Assembly (NCBI GenBank): GCA_963722255.1
Contig: CAVRJO010000001.1
Location: 672,001 to 736,000, forward strand
Direction: 5' to 3'
DNA length: 64,000 bases
Source: Candidatus Babeliales bacterium
GTDB taxonomy: Bacteria > Babelota > Babeliae > Babelales > JANWKD01
Shown: positions 19,740 to 30,116 of the stretch, in pieces
Layout: every line of letters starts with the position of its first letter
Numbering within the stretch: the first letter of the stretch is position 1
Made by a program: the position numbers and the translations under genes
Notes under the pieces: generated by a model
What the model was told of the DNA's origin: nothing
Seen by the model: only the letters and a program-made list of their open reading frames with translations
Database searches by the model: none

Positions 19740-21095
19740 CTAATCTTCTACAATCCGTATTTCAACAACTAAATTATCCGGTTGATCAAAGTCTTTACCA
19801 TCTTTCCTTACATTTGCAATATAAAGATTTTTTATTCTATATACAGGCGTTAGTTTTGCTTCTTTGCCTGAAAACCCATCAGCAATCTTTTGATCGGTAA
19901 AAAACCTCTTTTTTTCCCAAAGTTCATAACTAATATTTTCATCAACTGGTTCTAATGATGTCGCACCTAACTCATCTTTTTTGAGACGCCCCATTCTCCA
20001 TTCTAAAAGTCTAATTCGTTTTGGAGGAGAATCAAACGTAAAATAACGACTATATTGTTTACTTTTTCTTAATTTTTTTGGCTTTTGCAAAGCAATAAGA
20101 TTGTTTTTTTGTCCTTCTATCTCAATCGGTTTTTTATGCGCTCCTTGATGCATAAATGCATTATAAAGAAAAGGAGATTCTGGAGAATCACCATGATAGG
20201 TAATGCCAAATTTTGATGCTTCAACTGAAGATCCCCAACGTCCCCAAAAGTTAATCCATTCTTGGCCCGCTTGAGGATGTAATAACGTTCCAATATATTT
20301 TCCGTGTTCCCAACCTTTCCATGAAGGCCCTTTAGCACTTGTCTGATCAACATCGCTACTTAATCGAGTAACATAGGGATAAGTCCCATGACTATTCTTT
20401 CCAACATATACAACAGGGTGCGTCCCATTTGGATCATTCTGCATAGCATCATTTACAAGCTCCAGATCATCACGTTTAACCAAATCACCTTTCTTCTGTT
20501 GATGCCGTGCAAAAAATAGTTGACTAATTTCATACCCAATTTCATGCTCATCGGATTTTTTTAAATAGATGTTTACATGCTCCCAATCACCTTCATGGTA
20601 ACCAATGTCTCGTAAAAAATAATCAAGCCCTTTGGCAATAACAATCGAACCTTGCCATGGATAAAAGCACCAAAATTGTAACACTACGTTACCATTTTCT
20701 CGCTCTACTGCATTCACATAACAATCTTGCTGACTTAGATTATGAGCATCATAACCAGGACCTTTTTTAAGCCCTTGTTTATCCCCTTCAAGATTAAGAT
20801 AATATTCACCTTCCGGATTTGGTGTAGTATAAGGAGCACTACCGACCAGTTGCGAATTTAATGAACCCCGATCAAGAAGCTTCACCGGAGATTTGCTCCT
20901 ATCATTATAACGAAGATTGAGAGAAGAATGTGCAAGCATCCAATCAACCGAAGCTGGTGATGATTCATCAGTGTGATGAATCCTAAAAAGTGGCCCAAAG
21001 GTTTTTATAAGCTTTGTAATAGTTTCAACCGATAACTCTGCATGGGCTTGATTCGTAACCAAAAAGCTCAATAACAACAGCGTGATTTTTTTCAT
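19740..21095 (-). CDS. Vps62/DUF946-like exported protein
   Basis: FGPLFRIH, LQFWCFYPW, HEGDWEHV, YVGKNSHGTY, WINFWGRWG motifs; signal peptide. Confidence 0.8.
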   Translation of the reverse strand: MKKITLLLLSFLVTNQAHAELSVETITKLIKTFGPLFRIHHTDESSPASVDWMLAHSSLNLRYNDRSKSPVKLLDRGSLNSQLVGSAPYTTPNPEGEYYLNLEGDKQGLKKGPGYDAHNLSQQDCYVNAVERENGNVVLQFWCFYPWQGSIVIAKGLDYFLRDIGYHEGDWEHVNIYLKKSDEHEIGYEISQLFFARHQQKKGDLVKRDDLELVNDAMQNDPNGTHPVVYVGKNSHGTYPYVTRLSSDVDQTSAKGPSWKGWEHGKYIGTLLHPQAGQEWINFWGRWGSSVEASKFGITYHGDSPESPFLYNAFMHQGAHKKPIEIEGQKNNLIALQKPKKLRKSKQYSRYFTFDSPPKRIRLLEWRMGRLKKDELGATSLEPVDENISYELWEKKRFFTDQKIADGFSGKEAKLTPVYRIKNLYIANVRKDGKDFDQPDNLVVEIRIVED

Positions 21096-21191
21096 AATAA
21101 ATAGGTCCTAAAAAAAATGATGCTCAATGATACCATTACTATTTTCATGGTACTCTAGAGCATCATTCAAAAACAACAAATTTTTTTATAG

Positions 21192-22574
21192 TTAACCTAT
21201 ATACTGCTCAAGCTCCCAATCAGTGACTGTGGTCATAAAAGAATCTAATTCCGCTTTTTTGTAATCTAAAATATTATTAAATAAATCATCACCTAATAAT
21301 TCTCGCATAAGCTCACTTCCTTCAAATGCGTTAAGAGCTTCTTGCATAGTTTTAGGAAGAAGAGTGATATTTTTTGCTCTAATAGTTTCATCATCAATTG
21401 TATAAAGATTTACATCAACTATTTCAGGCAGCTTGTACTTATTTTTAATGCCTTCCATACCGGCTTTTAAAAGCGCAGCAAAAACCAAATACGGATTGCA
21501 CATTGCATCCGGCGATCTAATTTCTGCGCGAACAAATTCTGCTTCCCCACAATAAGGCAAACGAATGAGCGCACTTCTATTGCGGCTACCACAACAAATA
21601 AATTTAGGCGCTTCATGGCCACCCAGTCTTTTATAGGAGTTCACGGTTGGATTCATAAGAAGAGTAAATTCAGCAACATATTTTAAGACTCCGGCTATAA
21701 ATGATTTTGCTACTGCGCTCAACTGATGCTCATCAGAATCATCATAAAATGCATTCGATGCATTTTGAAGATCAAAAAGACTAAAATTGATATGCATGCC
21801 ATTTCCCGGTTTACCGGTCATCGGCTTTGGCATAAAGCTGACTTTTTTATTATAATTTTCAAATAAAACGGGTAGCGCGTGCTTTGTAGACACTAAAGCA
21901 TCTGCTATGTGAAGCGCATTATCACATTCTAAATTAACTTCAAACTGACCTTCACCAACTTCATGATGAAGCGCTCTTACACCAAGACCAAGCTGATTGA
22001 GTACATGTACTATAGTTATTAATGAATTTTCTAAAGCAATATGATTCATGCCATCCGCATACGTACCATGATCTATCGGAACTAATCTATTATTTTTTAT
22101 TTTTTGTTCAAAAGCATAAAATTCAATTTCAGGACCAATCAAAAAATCATACCCCATTTGATGCAAAGACTCTAATTCGCGCTTCAAAATAGCGCGTGGA
22201 TCAGAACAATACGGTGTATTTTTATCAGAGTGCATAGTGCACATAACGCGGACCATATTAGTATGATCATAGGTCCAAGGAAGCTTTCTCACCGGCGATT
22301 CAAGATCAGGCATGAGAAGCATATCGCTCTTTGTGATTCGCGTACAACCTTGAATTGATGATCCATCAAAGCTAATGCCATTTTCTAAATCTTTTTCTAA
22401 ATATTCTATAGGACGTACTATTGCTTTACGTTTGCCTAAAAAATCAGAAAAACAGTATTCAATATATTGAACATGATGCGTCATACACGTATCAATGAGA
22501 CATTCTTTTTGTAGACCTGCCTTGAGTGGTATACATAATCCAATAATAAGCATTGGAACTATTCTTCGTATCAT
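21192..22574 (-). CDS. glnA: Glutamine synthetase type I with N-terminal signal-peptide-like extension
   Basis: FDGSSI, GPEIEF, HHEVGEGQFE, FMPKP, GNGMH, NSYKRL, NRSALIR, EIRSPD motifs. Confidence 0.93.
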   Translation of the reverse strand: MIRRIVPMLIIGLCIPLKAGLQKECLIDTCMTHHVQYIEYCFSDFLGKRKAIVRPIEYLEKDLENGISFDGSSIQGCTRITKSDMLLMPDLESPVRKLPWTYDHTNMVRVMCTMHSDKNTPYCSDPRAILKRELESLHQMGYDFLIGPEIEFYAFEQKIKNNRLVPIDHGTYADGMNHIALENSLITIVHVLNQLGLGVRALHHEVGEGQFEVNLECDNALHIADALVSTKHALPVLFENYNKKVSFMPKPMTGKPGNGMHINFSLFDLQNASNAFYDDSDEHQLSAVAKSFIAGVLKYVAEFTLLMNPTVNSYKRLGGHEAPKFICCGSRNRSALIRLPYCGEAEFVRAEIRSPDAMCNPYLVFAALLKAGMEGIKNKYKLPEIVDVNLYTIDDETIRAKNITLLPKTMQEALNAFEGSELMRELLGDDLFNNILDYKKAELDSFMTTVTDWELEQYIG

Positions 22575-22733
22575 GCTGCTCCTTTTTTTTAGATAAGTTA
22601 TTATGTTCTACACCAAGTAATACCATGAGTATTTATAACTGACAAGGTGTAAAACAATAACAAATTTGTTGTTGTTTTACAGAAGCCGTGATAAGTTATG
22701 TAAGATTATTTTTTCAAGTAGGGAGTAATAACT

Positions 22734-23963
22734 ATGTTTAATAAAAAAGCAATAATCATCGTAGGTCTTGCAGTAGCATTTACTAATACTATACAAGCTA
22801 AAAATCCTAAGAAAAAAGTCCCTCAAGAAGGATATATTTCTAACTATGGCCCTCTTCAAAATCTTTGGCGATTTTACAACTATGCCTCAGGACATAATCG
22901 TAAAAAAGAAATCCTAGAAGCCATTAAAGGTAATGACAAAGAAGCTTTCAAAAAAAATTTTATGGAAGGCGATCTTGTTAATCAAACCGATATAGTCGTT
23001 GAAATCATTGTTAATAACAACCTTGAGCTTTTACAACTGGTTGATGAAGAATTACATATTGATATTAAAGCCGTTGTAGAGAAGCATATAGCTCACAAAA
23101 AAAATGCTGCTCATCAGATCCCTCATAAACTTGTGGAAAGACATGGATCAAAATCTATTGCAATGCTTTATTTTTTAAACGATCATGGAATAGAAATTGA
23201 TGTAAAAAATGAAGAGGGTAACACCATTGCACATACCGTCAAAGATAAAGTTTTAGTAGATGAGGTTGTCGGAAAAATTGTTGATGTAAATTCTCGCAAT
23301 AATCAAGGAGAAACTCCCGTTTTTATTGCAACAAAAAATAATGATTTTGAAAAAATAAAAATGCTAACTACTGCTCAAGCAGACGTCAATATTCCTAATA
23401 ACGAAGGTATAACACCGGGTCATATTGCTGCTTCAGGTAACTGTTCTGCAGCTTGCGCAAAAATTATCTTTGAATCAAACATGGACCCAAAGGCTGTTAA
23501 TCAAGAAGGGATCTCTGTAAAAAAAACTTTGGGAAATACACGACACAGAGAATGCATTAAAGGACTTGGAAAAATAAAAGACAAACAAACTTTTTCTACC
23601 TATAAAAAACGATGCACACATCTTACTACCATTGAACATTATTTTAAGCAGGGTTATTTAAAAGGGCTCGAACAAAGAATTAAAAAACTTAAAGAAGAAA
23701 AAAACCATTTAATAGATTTAGAAACAACATTAAGCGAAAAAGAATTAGCGCAACGTAAACAACTTCTAGAAGAACAACTTGCTCGTTTAGAATTGGAAAA
23801 ACAAAAGATTGAAGAAAATCGTAAAAATAGACAAGCTGAGCTTCATGAATTTGAGGAACTAGAGGAAGTTCTCAACCAAGAGATTCTACCACAAGAGGAT
23901 ACAACATCTGTTCATGAAATTGCAAAGAAAGAGCAAGAAAAAAATCCTGATGATTCTCATTAA
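22734..23963 (+). CDS. Exported ankyrin-repeat / coiled-coil protein
   Basis: KNEEGNTIAH, NNQGETPVFIA, NNEGITPGHIA; E/K/L-rich C-terminus. Confidence 0.88.
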   Translation: MFNKKAIIIVGLAVAFTNTIQAKNPKKKVPQEGYISNYGPLQNLWRFYNYASGHNRKKEILEAIKGNDKEAFKKNFMEGDLVNQTDIVVEIIVNNNLELLQLVDEELHIDIKAVVEKHIAHKKNAAHQIPHKLVERHGSKSIAMLYFLNDHGIEIDVKNEEGNTIAHTVKDKVLVDEVVGKIVDVNSRNNQGETPVFIATKNNDFEKIKMLTTAQADVNIPNNEGITPGHIAASGNCSAACAKIIFESNMDPKAVNQEGISVKKTLGNTRHRECIKGLGKIKDKQTFSTYKKRCTHLTTIEHYFKQGYLKGLEQRIKKLKEEKNHLIDLETTLSEKELAQRKQLLEEQLARLELEKQKIEENRKNRQAELHEFEELEEVLNQEILPQEDTTSVHEIAKKEQEKNPDDSH

Positions 23964-24402
23964 AAATACACAACGAAAAATTAAATTTTCTACTAAAAAG
24001 TTGGAACAAGATGCGCAAAAAATTTTGCGCATCTTGCATTACGATGAGTATGATCTTGGAATTTTGATCACCACAAATAAAACCATCCACACCTACAATC
24101 GAGAATACCGAAAGAAAGATAAACCAACTGATATTCTTTCTTTTTCCTACCATCCTACCCTTAAAGCAGGTGAACGTATTCTTCCAAAATCTGATGAGGA
24201 TAAAAATTTAGGCGATCTCATTATTTCTGCAGAATATGTACAAAAGGTCGCTTCAGAGCTTCATCAAACAATAGATAAACGCATGAGAATTTTACTTGTA
24301 CATGGCATTTGCCATTTGTTAGGCTATGACCATGAATTAGATGAAGATTACAAAATTATGCATAAAAAAGAAGTTGCTTTATTAAAAAAATTGAATGCTT
24401 AA
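23950..24402 (+). CDS. ybeY: rRNA maturation endoribonuclease YbeY
   Basis: YNREYRKKDKPTDILSF, LGDLIIS, HGICHLLGYDH. Confidence 0.95.
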   Translation: MILIKNTQRKIKFSTKKLEQDAQKILRILHYDEYDLGILITTNKTIHTYNREYRKKDKPTDILSFSYHPTLKAGERILPKSDEDKNLGDLIISAEYVQKVASELHQTIDKRMRILLVHGICHLLGYDHELDEDYKIMHKKEVALLKKLNA

Positions 24403-24464
24403 TTTAATTTTTTATGAGCCCAAACCACGAATAAACAAAAAAGAGTCAATGAAGGAAACGTTGC

Positions 24465-24881
24465 ATGAGATTTTTATTCTTATTGTTTTTTTTATCCTTT
24501 TTTTCTCTGTATGCTATGGATGATAGCAGTTTAGTAAATGAACAATCCAATCAAGAAAATGCATCAAACTTAAAAACCAAGGGCTTCAAAATATGCTGTA
24601 GCTGCTTGGGCAAAACAAAATATTACATAATCAAAGCACGTAAAAAATATAATGATCATGAAGATCAAGAAGAACATCATGAAGTATACAATTTGGTATT
24701 TACCTCATTACAAAATGCTCAAGATCATACATCTTTTGTACAACTTTTAGATAGTTCGACTCGTTATGTTTCGAGCTATAAAGACAAATTCGATAAAAAA
24801 ACGAACCGTTATGAAGTCGTTAAAGAAATCTATTTATTAGCATTTATAGAATCAAATGAGCATGCTCTTATGAAAAAATGA
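24465..24881 (+). CDS. Hypothetical exported protein
   Basis: Signal peptide ending LYA-MDD. Confidence 0.75.
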   Translation: MRFLFLLFFLSFFSLYAMDDSSLVNEQSNQENASNLKTKGFKICCSCLGKTKYYIIKARKKYNDHEDQEEHHEVYNLVFTSLQNAQDHTSFVQLLDSSTRYVSSYKDKFDKKTNRYEVVKEIYLLAFIESNEHALMKK

Positions 24882-24919
24882 AAACAGTAACACCACATCG
24901 TGCAACTTTCTAGGAAACT

Positions 24920-25156
24920 ATGGAAATACAAAAAATTAAACCTGGAATTTACAAACATTATAAAGGAAAAGAATACAAAGTTTTAATGATTGGAGTTAAT
25001 ACCGAATCTTTAGAAAAACAAGTTGTTTATCAAGCACTTTATAATGATGAGCATTTTGGCAACAATGCTATTTGGATTCGCCCTTTATCAATGTTTTGTG
25101 AAACCATCACTTTTGATGACAAAGAAGTACCACGTTTTATTAGAATTAACTCATAA
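24920..25156 (+). CDS. DUF1653-family protein
   Basis: PGIYKHYKGKEY, ESLEKQVVYQALY, WIRPLSMF, VPRF. Confidence 0.92.
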   Translation: MEIQKIKPGIYKHYKGKEYKVLMIGVNTESLEKQVVYQALYNDEHFGNNAIWIRPLSMFCETITFDDKEVPRFIRINS

Positions 25157-25189
25157 CTATATTGACCAATATCATAACTACAAGTTTTT

Positions 25190-25840
25190 TTACTAAGGTA
25201 TTTTGTTTGCCACAAAGTTTCTTTATAAAGGTATTGCATGCACAATACCTTTAATATATTTTTTTAACTTAGGTATTTTTATGTCAAAAATACCTAAAAC
25301 CAAAAGGACACCTAAGAAGTATCTTAGGAATCTCTGTCGCACAAAAGGCGAGCCCTCGCATATTCCTTCGGAATATGCGAGGGCTCTTCAACGGTTGCGC
25401 TCAAAGGACTTTTCATTTTTATTACTGGATCCCCCAGCCGACGCTTATCCAGGCCTTCCTACTTCGCTCCCATGAAGCTTCGAAGGACATGTCCGGCCTG
25501 TTCTTCGAAGTCTTGACGTAGTAGAACTTGGCAAGCTTTGTCATCCAGAGACCTTCACTTAGGTGAAGGTCTCTGGATGACAATCGGCAATTTATAATAT
25601 TTCTCCGGTAGCTACACGTGGTCCCGAAAACTTAATGCTGTAAGCATTAATGTTGAAGTGGGCCATATTGGAGCGGGAGAGCAATCCAACAGCATGTTGG
25701 TGTCCTTGTAGTTAAGGTATATTGGACACACAATATACCTTTAATAAAAAAAATTTTGACATAAAAATACCTTAGTAAAAAAAATCTTATTAAAAGGAAT
25801 TAGGGTTATAGGGATTTTATAGCAGAAAAATACCTAAGAA
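25190..25840. repeat. Large mosaic of palindromic repeats (variant copy H reversed, nested REP-like units, structured copy D)
   Basis: GAGCCCTCGCATATTCC/GGAATATGCGAGGGCTC; near-perfect palindrome TTGTCATCCAGAGACCTTCAC-tTAg-GTGAAGGTCTCTGGATGACAA; copy D at 25596-25745. Confidence 0.9.
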
Positions 25841-25900
25841 AAAAATTCTTGTTACTTATCAAGAAAATTGTATACCATGTACTAACTAAAATAATCCACA

Positions 25901-27565
25901 ATGTTATTGTCTTATACAAGGAACAAAATGATCGAAACACATATCAGGCCACACCTACAACCGGTATTTACAATAATCGCTCACAACCTATCAAAAAAAT
26001 TTTCTGCTACAAAAGTTACTGCATTTAGTTTTATATGCGGAATTGCTGCAGCATTTTGTATAGGATTCAATTTCACGATTTATGCATCTATATTTTTACT
26101 TCTTTCCGGCCTATTCGATATTCTTGATGGCACTCTTGCTCGTCTTACAAACACAGCAACAACATGCGGTGCGTTTTTTGATCTTATTTCAGATCGCTTA
26201 GTAGAATCTGCCCTTATAGCAGGATTTGCTTACGCACATCCAGAATATATGTGGGCGTATCTTGCATTCCACATTGCACTGATTTTTCATTTTTCAACCT
26301 TTTTGATGGCAAGTTCAATGTTTAAAAACACCGGAATAAAAAGCATTCATTACCACAACAGCATCATAGAAAGAGCAGAAGCATTTATTGCATTTTTCTT
26401 AATGATTTTATTTCCACAACATCTTTTTTTGATACTTATGACCTTGAATCTACTTATTGCTCTTGATGCTTGCAAGCGATTCTATGATGTTACTAAAGTT
26501 CACTATATACCGTGCTTTATGCTCTTATTTTTAATTTCAGGAGATATCATGTCGAATAATGAACTAAAAGTTTCAAATAATCCTCATCACGAAAAAGCTA
26601 CTTTTGCCGGTGGATGTTTTTGGTGCATGCAGCCTCCTTTTGAAAAACTGCCGGGCATCATCTCTGTTGTATCAGGATATACCGGTGGCACAGGTACCAA
26701 TCCAACCTATAAAGATTATGCGCAAAAGGGACATCTTGAAGCAGTTCAAATTATCTATGATCCAACAAAAATTAGTTATCAAATGCTCCTTGATACCTTT
26801 TGGCACCAAATAAATCCTACTGATAATGAAGGACAATTTGTAGATCGTGGACCTCAATATAAATCTGAAATATTTTATCATACTCCTGAACAACAAAAGA
26901 TAGCAGAGGCATCTAAAGAAGCTTTAGAAAAATCACATCAATTTGACAAACCTATCCTAACAGAAATCAAAGAAGCAATGCCTTTTTATGCTGCAGAAGA
27001 GTATCATCAGGATTATTATAAAAAAAATCCATTGCGCTACAAATTTTATCGCTATAATTCTGGACGTGATGCCTTTCTTGAAAAAGCATGGAAAAAAAAT
27101 CAAAAATCATCAGGACAAAAAAAAATTATAAAGCCAACTGATAATGAACTGCGCAAAAAACTTACGCCAATTCAATACGATGTAACTCAAAAAGGCAAAA
27201 CAGAAAAGGCTTTTGATAATGCCTATTGGGATAACAAAAAAGAGGGCATTTATGTTGATATTGTTTCAGGAGAGCCGCTTTTTAGTTCATTAGATAAATA
27301 CGATTCCGGCACCGGTTGGCCGAGTTTTAGTAAACCCCTTGAACCAAATAATTTAGTAGAAAAGAATGATTGGACATGGTTTACCAAAAGAAAAGAAATT
27401 CGTAGTAAACTTGGTGATTCACATCTTGGACATGTTTTTAACGATGGCCCGCCACCTACCGGTTTACGTTATTGCATGAACTCTGCAGCATTGAGATTTA
27501 TTCCGGTACAAGATCTTGAAAAAGAGGGCTTAGGAAAATATAAAAAATTATTTGCAAAAGCATAA
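25901..27565 (+). CDS. msrAB: CDP-alcohol phosphatidyltransferase-like domain in frame with peptide-methionine sulfoxide reductase MsrA/MsrB
   Basis: DILDGTLAR...[47 protein letters not shown]. Confidence 0.92.
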   Translation: MLLSYTRNKMIETHIRPHLQPVFTIIAHNLSKKFSATKVTAFSFICGIAAAFCIGFNFTIYASIFLLLSGLFDILDGTLARLTNTATTCGAFFDLISDRLVESALIAGFAYAHPEYMWAYLAFHIALIFHFSTFLMASSMFKNTGIKSIHYHNSIIERAEAFIAFFLMILFPQHLFLILMTLNLLIALDACKRFYDVTKVHYIPCFMLLFLISGDIMSNNELKVSNNPHHEKATFAGGCFWCMQPPFEKLPGIISVVSGYTGGTGTNPTYKDYAQKGHLEAVQIIYDPTKISYQMLLDTFWHQINPTDNEGQFVDRGPQYKSEIFYHTPEQQKIAEASKEALEKSHQFDKPILTEIKEAMPFYAAEEYHQDYYKKNPLRYKFYRYNSGRDAFLEKAWKKNQKSSGQKKIIKPTDNELRKKLTPIQYDVTQKGKTEKAFDNAYWDNKKEGIYVDIVSGEPLFSSLDKYDSGTGWPSFSKPLEPNNLVEKNDWTWFTKRKEIRSKLGDSHLGHVFNDGPPPTGLRYCMNSAALRFIPVQDLEKEGLGKYKKLFAKA

Positions 27566-27676
27566 AAAAATGAAGCACACGTTTTAATTTTTGATAACTA
27601 TGCATAAAGCAATAAGCGGCACCTAGTTAATGAGAGATGCCGCTCTTCTACTTCTTAGAAATTTTGTTGTTTCTTA

Positions 27677-28312
27677 CTATTCTTTAGACCTTACCTCATA
27701 ATCTTGCCCATTACCCTCTTTATCTGATTTCGATGGTTGTGGTATCCATTTATGATAGTTATTCCAAACATACTTTCCGCCTACCCAAGTTAATGCAAGG
27801 CCTAACCCAGCAAGCGCTTGCTTATCTTTGATAAGTATATAATCATTTTGAAAATATTTTTTAGCTACAATAAAAATCGTTGGTACACCATAACAGGTGA
27901 TATAGGGATGATTAAGTATAAATTTAAACACAGGATTAAACTCTCTAAACCTCTTCTCAGGCATCGCATTTCTTATAACTGTTCCAATCGTACCGCCAAT
28001 AATAGTAGAGTTAACAACACCTTGCCGTAGCGCAGTAAGAATAGTACGGTAGTTCATTCCATTACCGTTATTATAAATTGTGTCCCAGTTTTGATCAATG
28101 TAGTAACCAACGGATATAGTTGGTAGTACGTACGTCGATGCACTTGTAAATGTTTCTTTACAGCCATTTAAAAAATATGCAAACTGCATTTGAGGACTCA
28201 TTGAGCCTCGTGATGGCTTAGCTTTAGGTCGTTTTTCCGCTTGCATTGCATAACTAGTACCAGAAATTACCATGCCTAAGAAAATTAAAATAAAATAATG
28301 ATTCTTTTTCAT
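27677..28312 (-). CDS. Hypothetical exported/membrane protein
   Basis: Signal peptide ending SYA-MQA; hydrophobic segments. Confidence 0.78.
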   Translation of the reverse strand: MKKNHYFILIFLGMVISGTSYAMQAEKRPKAKPSRGSMSPQMQFAYFLNGCKETFTSASTYVLPTISVGYYIDQNWDTIYNNGNGMNYRTILTALRQGVVNSTIIGGTIGTVIRNAMPEKRFREFNPVFKFILNHPYITCYGVPTIFIVAKKYFQNDYILIKDKQALAGLGLALTWVGGKYVWNNYHKWIPQPSKSDKEGNGQDYEVRSKE

Positions 28313-28515
28313 AATATATACTCTTTTTGTATTTTTGCATTTGAAAGATAATCAAATACAAAAGTAATAGATGTTACAGTTCTTGTCAAAGTTCTATAGC
28401 TTTTACATATTTTCTAAGGCATAATGCCTTCGCAATTATGTAAAAAAATTTTATATATTTATTTAAAATAGAATATCAAATATTTTATAATGAGTAAAAA
28501 TTGTCTTTACTTTAT

Positions 28516-29965
28516 TGTTAGCGCAAAGTGATAAGTTCCTATTATAGCGCAAAGTAAAAAGTTCCGGTTTTTAGGGTAAACTTAATCTTGTAAACAAAAA
28601 GAAAAACTCTAAAAATGCAACGGAACTTATATGGAATATATTACCATGAATCGCAAAGAACGAGAACAGGCAAAAGTGTTTGTTCAGGTTAAAGAAGGAA
28701 AAATGACACAGGCAGAGGCTGCAGCCCGTCTGAGATTTACAGAGCGGTGGGTCAGAGAAAAATATGGAAGATATTGTGAATCTGACGACTTTGGCCTTGT
28801 ACATGGCAATAGGGGAAAAGAAAGCCCAAATAGATGGGATCAAGGAGAAGAACGATTGTTAATCTCATTGTTAGAAAGCGATTGGCAAGGCTTTGGGCCA
28901 ACCTTTGCGGCTGAAAAACTTAAAGAGTTGCATGGAATAAAGATAAGTCGAGAAGCTGTTAGAAAGGTCATGATTAAGGCAGGAATATGGCAACCTAAAA
29001 AACAGCGCAGCAAGCATCGCAAGCGACGAGAAAGAAGGCGTATGTTTGGCATAATGATTCAGCTTGATGGCTCTCCACATGACTGGTTTGAAGGGCGTGC
29101 TGGGGTATGTACCTTACTTGTTTTTATTGACGATGCTACTGGCCAAATCCTTTGGCTTGAGTTTGCCCCTTCTGAATCGATGCATGCTTTAATGACCGCA
29201 ACTAAAAATTACGTTGAAAAATATGGGATTCCTCAAACTTTTTATACTGACCACGGTTCTGTTTTCCATGTTAATTTGAGTAATCAAGAAAATATTAAAA
29301 AGACCCAATGGGAGCGCGCTTGTAAAGATTTGGGAATTGATGTTATACATGCCAATAGTCCTCAGGCAAAGGGCCGCGTTGAACGTTGCAATCAAACCCT
29401 TCAAGATCGCCTTATTAAGGAAATGAGACTTGCTGGGATATCATCAATAGATCAAGAAAATAATTATCTGCGAACAAGCAATTATATTGCAAAGCATAAT
29501 GCTGCATTTCAAGTTCCTGCTGCCCAAGAAGGCGATGCCCATGCTAGTGCTCAATCATTTGATTTAAACGATATATTTAGCACACAAGAGACTCGTATTC
29601 TTACGAATGATTTTACTATTACCTACCAAAAACAGATTTTTCAATTAAGCGATCAGCAAAAAACAATCATTTTTCCAAAAAATACCATTGTTGTTAAAGT
29701 ACATTTAAATGGAACCATAAAACTGTGGATTCGAAAAACAGAACTTTCTTTTAGCGAAATCTACCAACGACCAACCCCCCAAATTCAGGAGAAAAAAATA
29801 TCTGACTGTATACCAAGAAAGCCTTCAAAAAATAGCCAACGTTGGGCAGGCGGGTTGCCCCCTAGTGAGAGTAGGTTGAAGCCGGTCGCGCCGGCCGTGG
29901 AGGCGCTTTAATGTTAGGAACTTTTTACTTTGCTAAATACCGGAACTTTTCACGTTGCGTTGACA
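28516..29965 (+). mobile_element. IS1202-group (ISNCY/IS481-related) insertion sequence
   Basis: Ends TGT...ACA; subterminal repeats GCGCAAAGTnAnAAGTTCC / GGAACTTTT; exact 17-bp flanking duplication AATTGTCTTTACTTTAT (28499-28515, 29966-29982). Confidence 0.93.
28631..29911 (+). CDS. DDE transposase (IS1202-type)
   Basis: HGNRGK, FGPTFAAEKL, IQLDGSPHDWFEGR, YTDHGSVF, SPQAKGRVER. Confidence 0.95.
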   Translation: MEYITMNRKEREQAKVFVQVKEGKMTQAEAAARLRFTERWVREKYGRYCESDDFGLVHGNRGKESPNRWDQGEERLLISLLESDWQGFGPTFAAEKLKELHGIKISREAVRKVMIKAGIWQPKKQRSKHRKRRERRRMFGIMIQLDGSPHDWFEGRAGVCTLLVFIDDATGQILWLEFAPSESMHALMTATKNYVEKYGIPQTFYTDHGSVFHVNLSNQENIKKTQWERACKDLGIDVIHANSPQAKGRVERCNQTLQDRLIKEMRLAGISSIDQENNYLRTSNYIAKHNAAFQVPAAQEGDAHASAQSFDLNDIFSTQETRILTNDFTITYQKQIFQLSDQQKTIIFPKNTIVVKVHLNGTIKLWIRKTELSFSEIYQRPTPQIQEKKISDCIPRKPSKNSQRWAGGLPPSESRLKPVAPAVEAL

Positions 29966-30116
29966 AATTGTCTTTACTTTATACCCATACTTATAGTCCG
30001 CTAATCTAACATTGACTAATTCTCTCAAACACTGTTTTATATTTATTATTGTTAAATATTATTTTTTTTTAAAAATCATCAAATGGTAGGTTATTTATTT
30101 GTTTAAGGATTTTCTT

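Noticed and set aside
19436..25475. Similar short ORFs 19436-19654 (-) and 25203-25475 (+), plus 2044-2373, 4051-4263, 42416-42837 and 61892-62287
   Set aside because: They lie on palindromic repeats; their similarity reflects the DNA repeat, and stem covariation fits structure rather than coding constraint.
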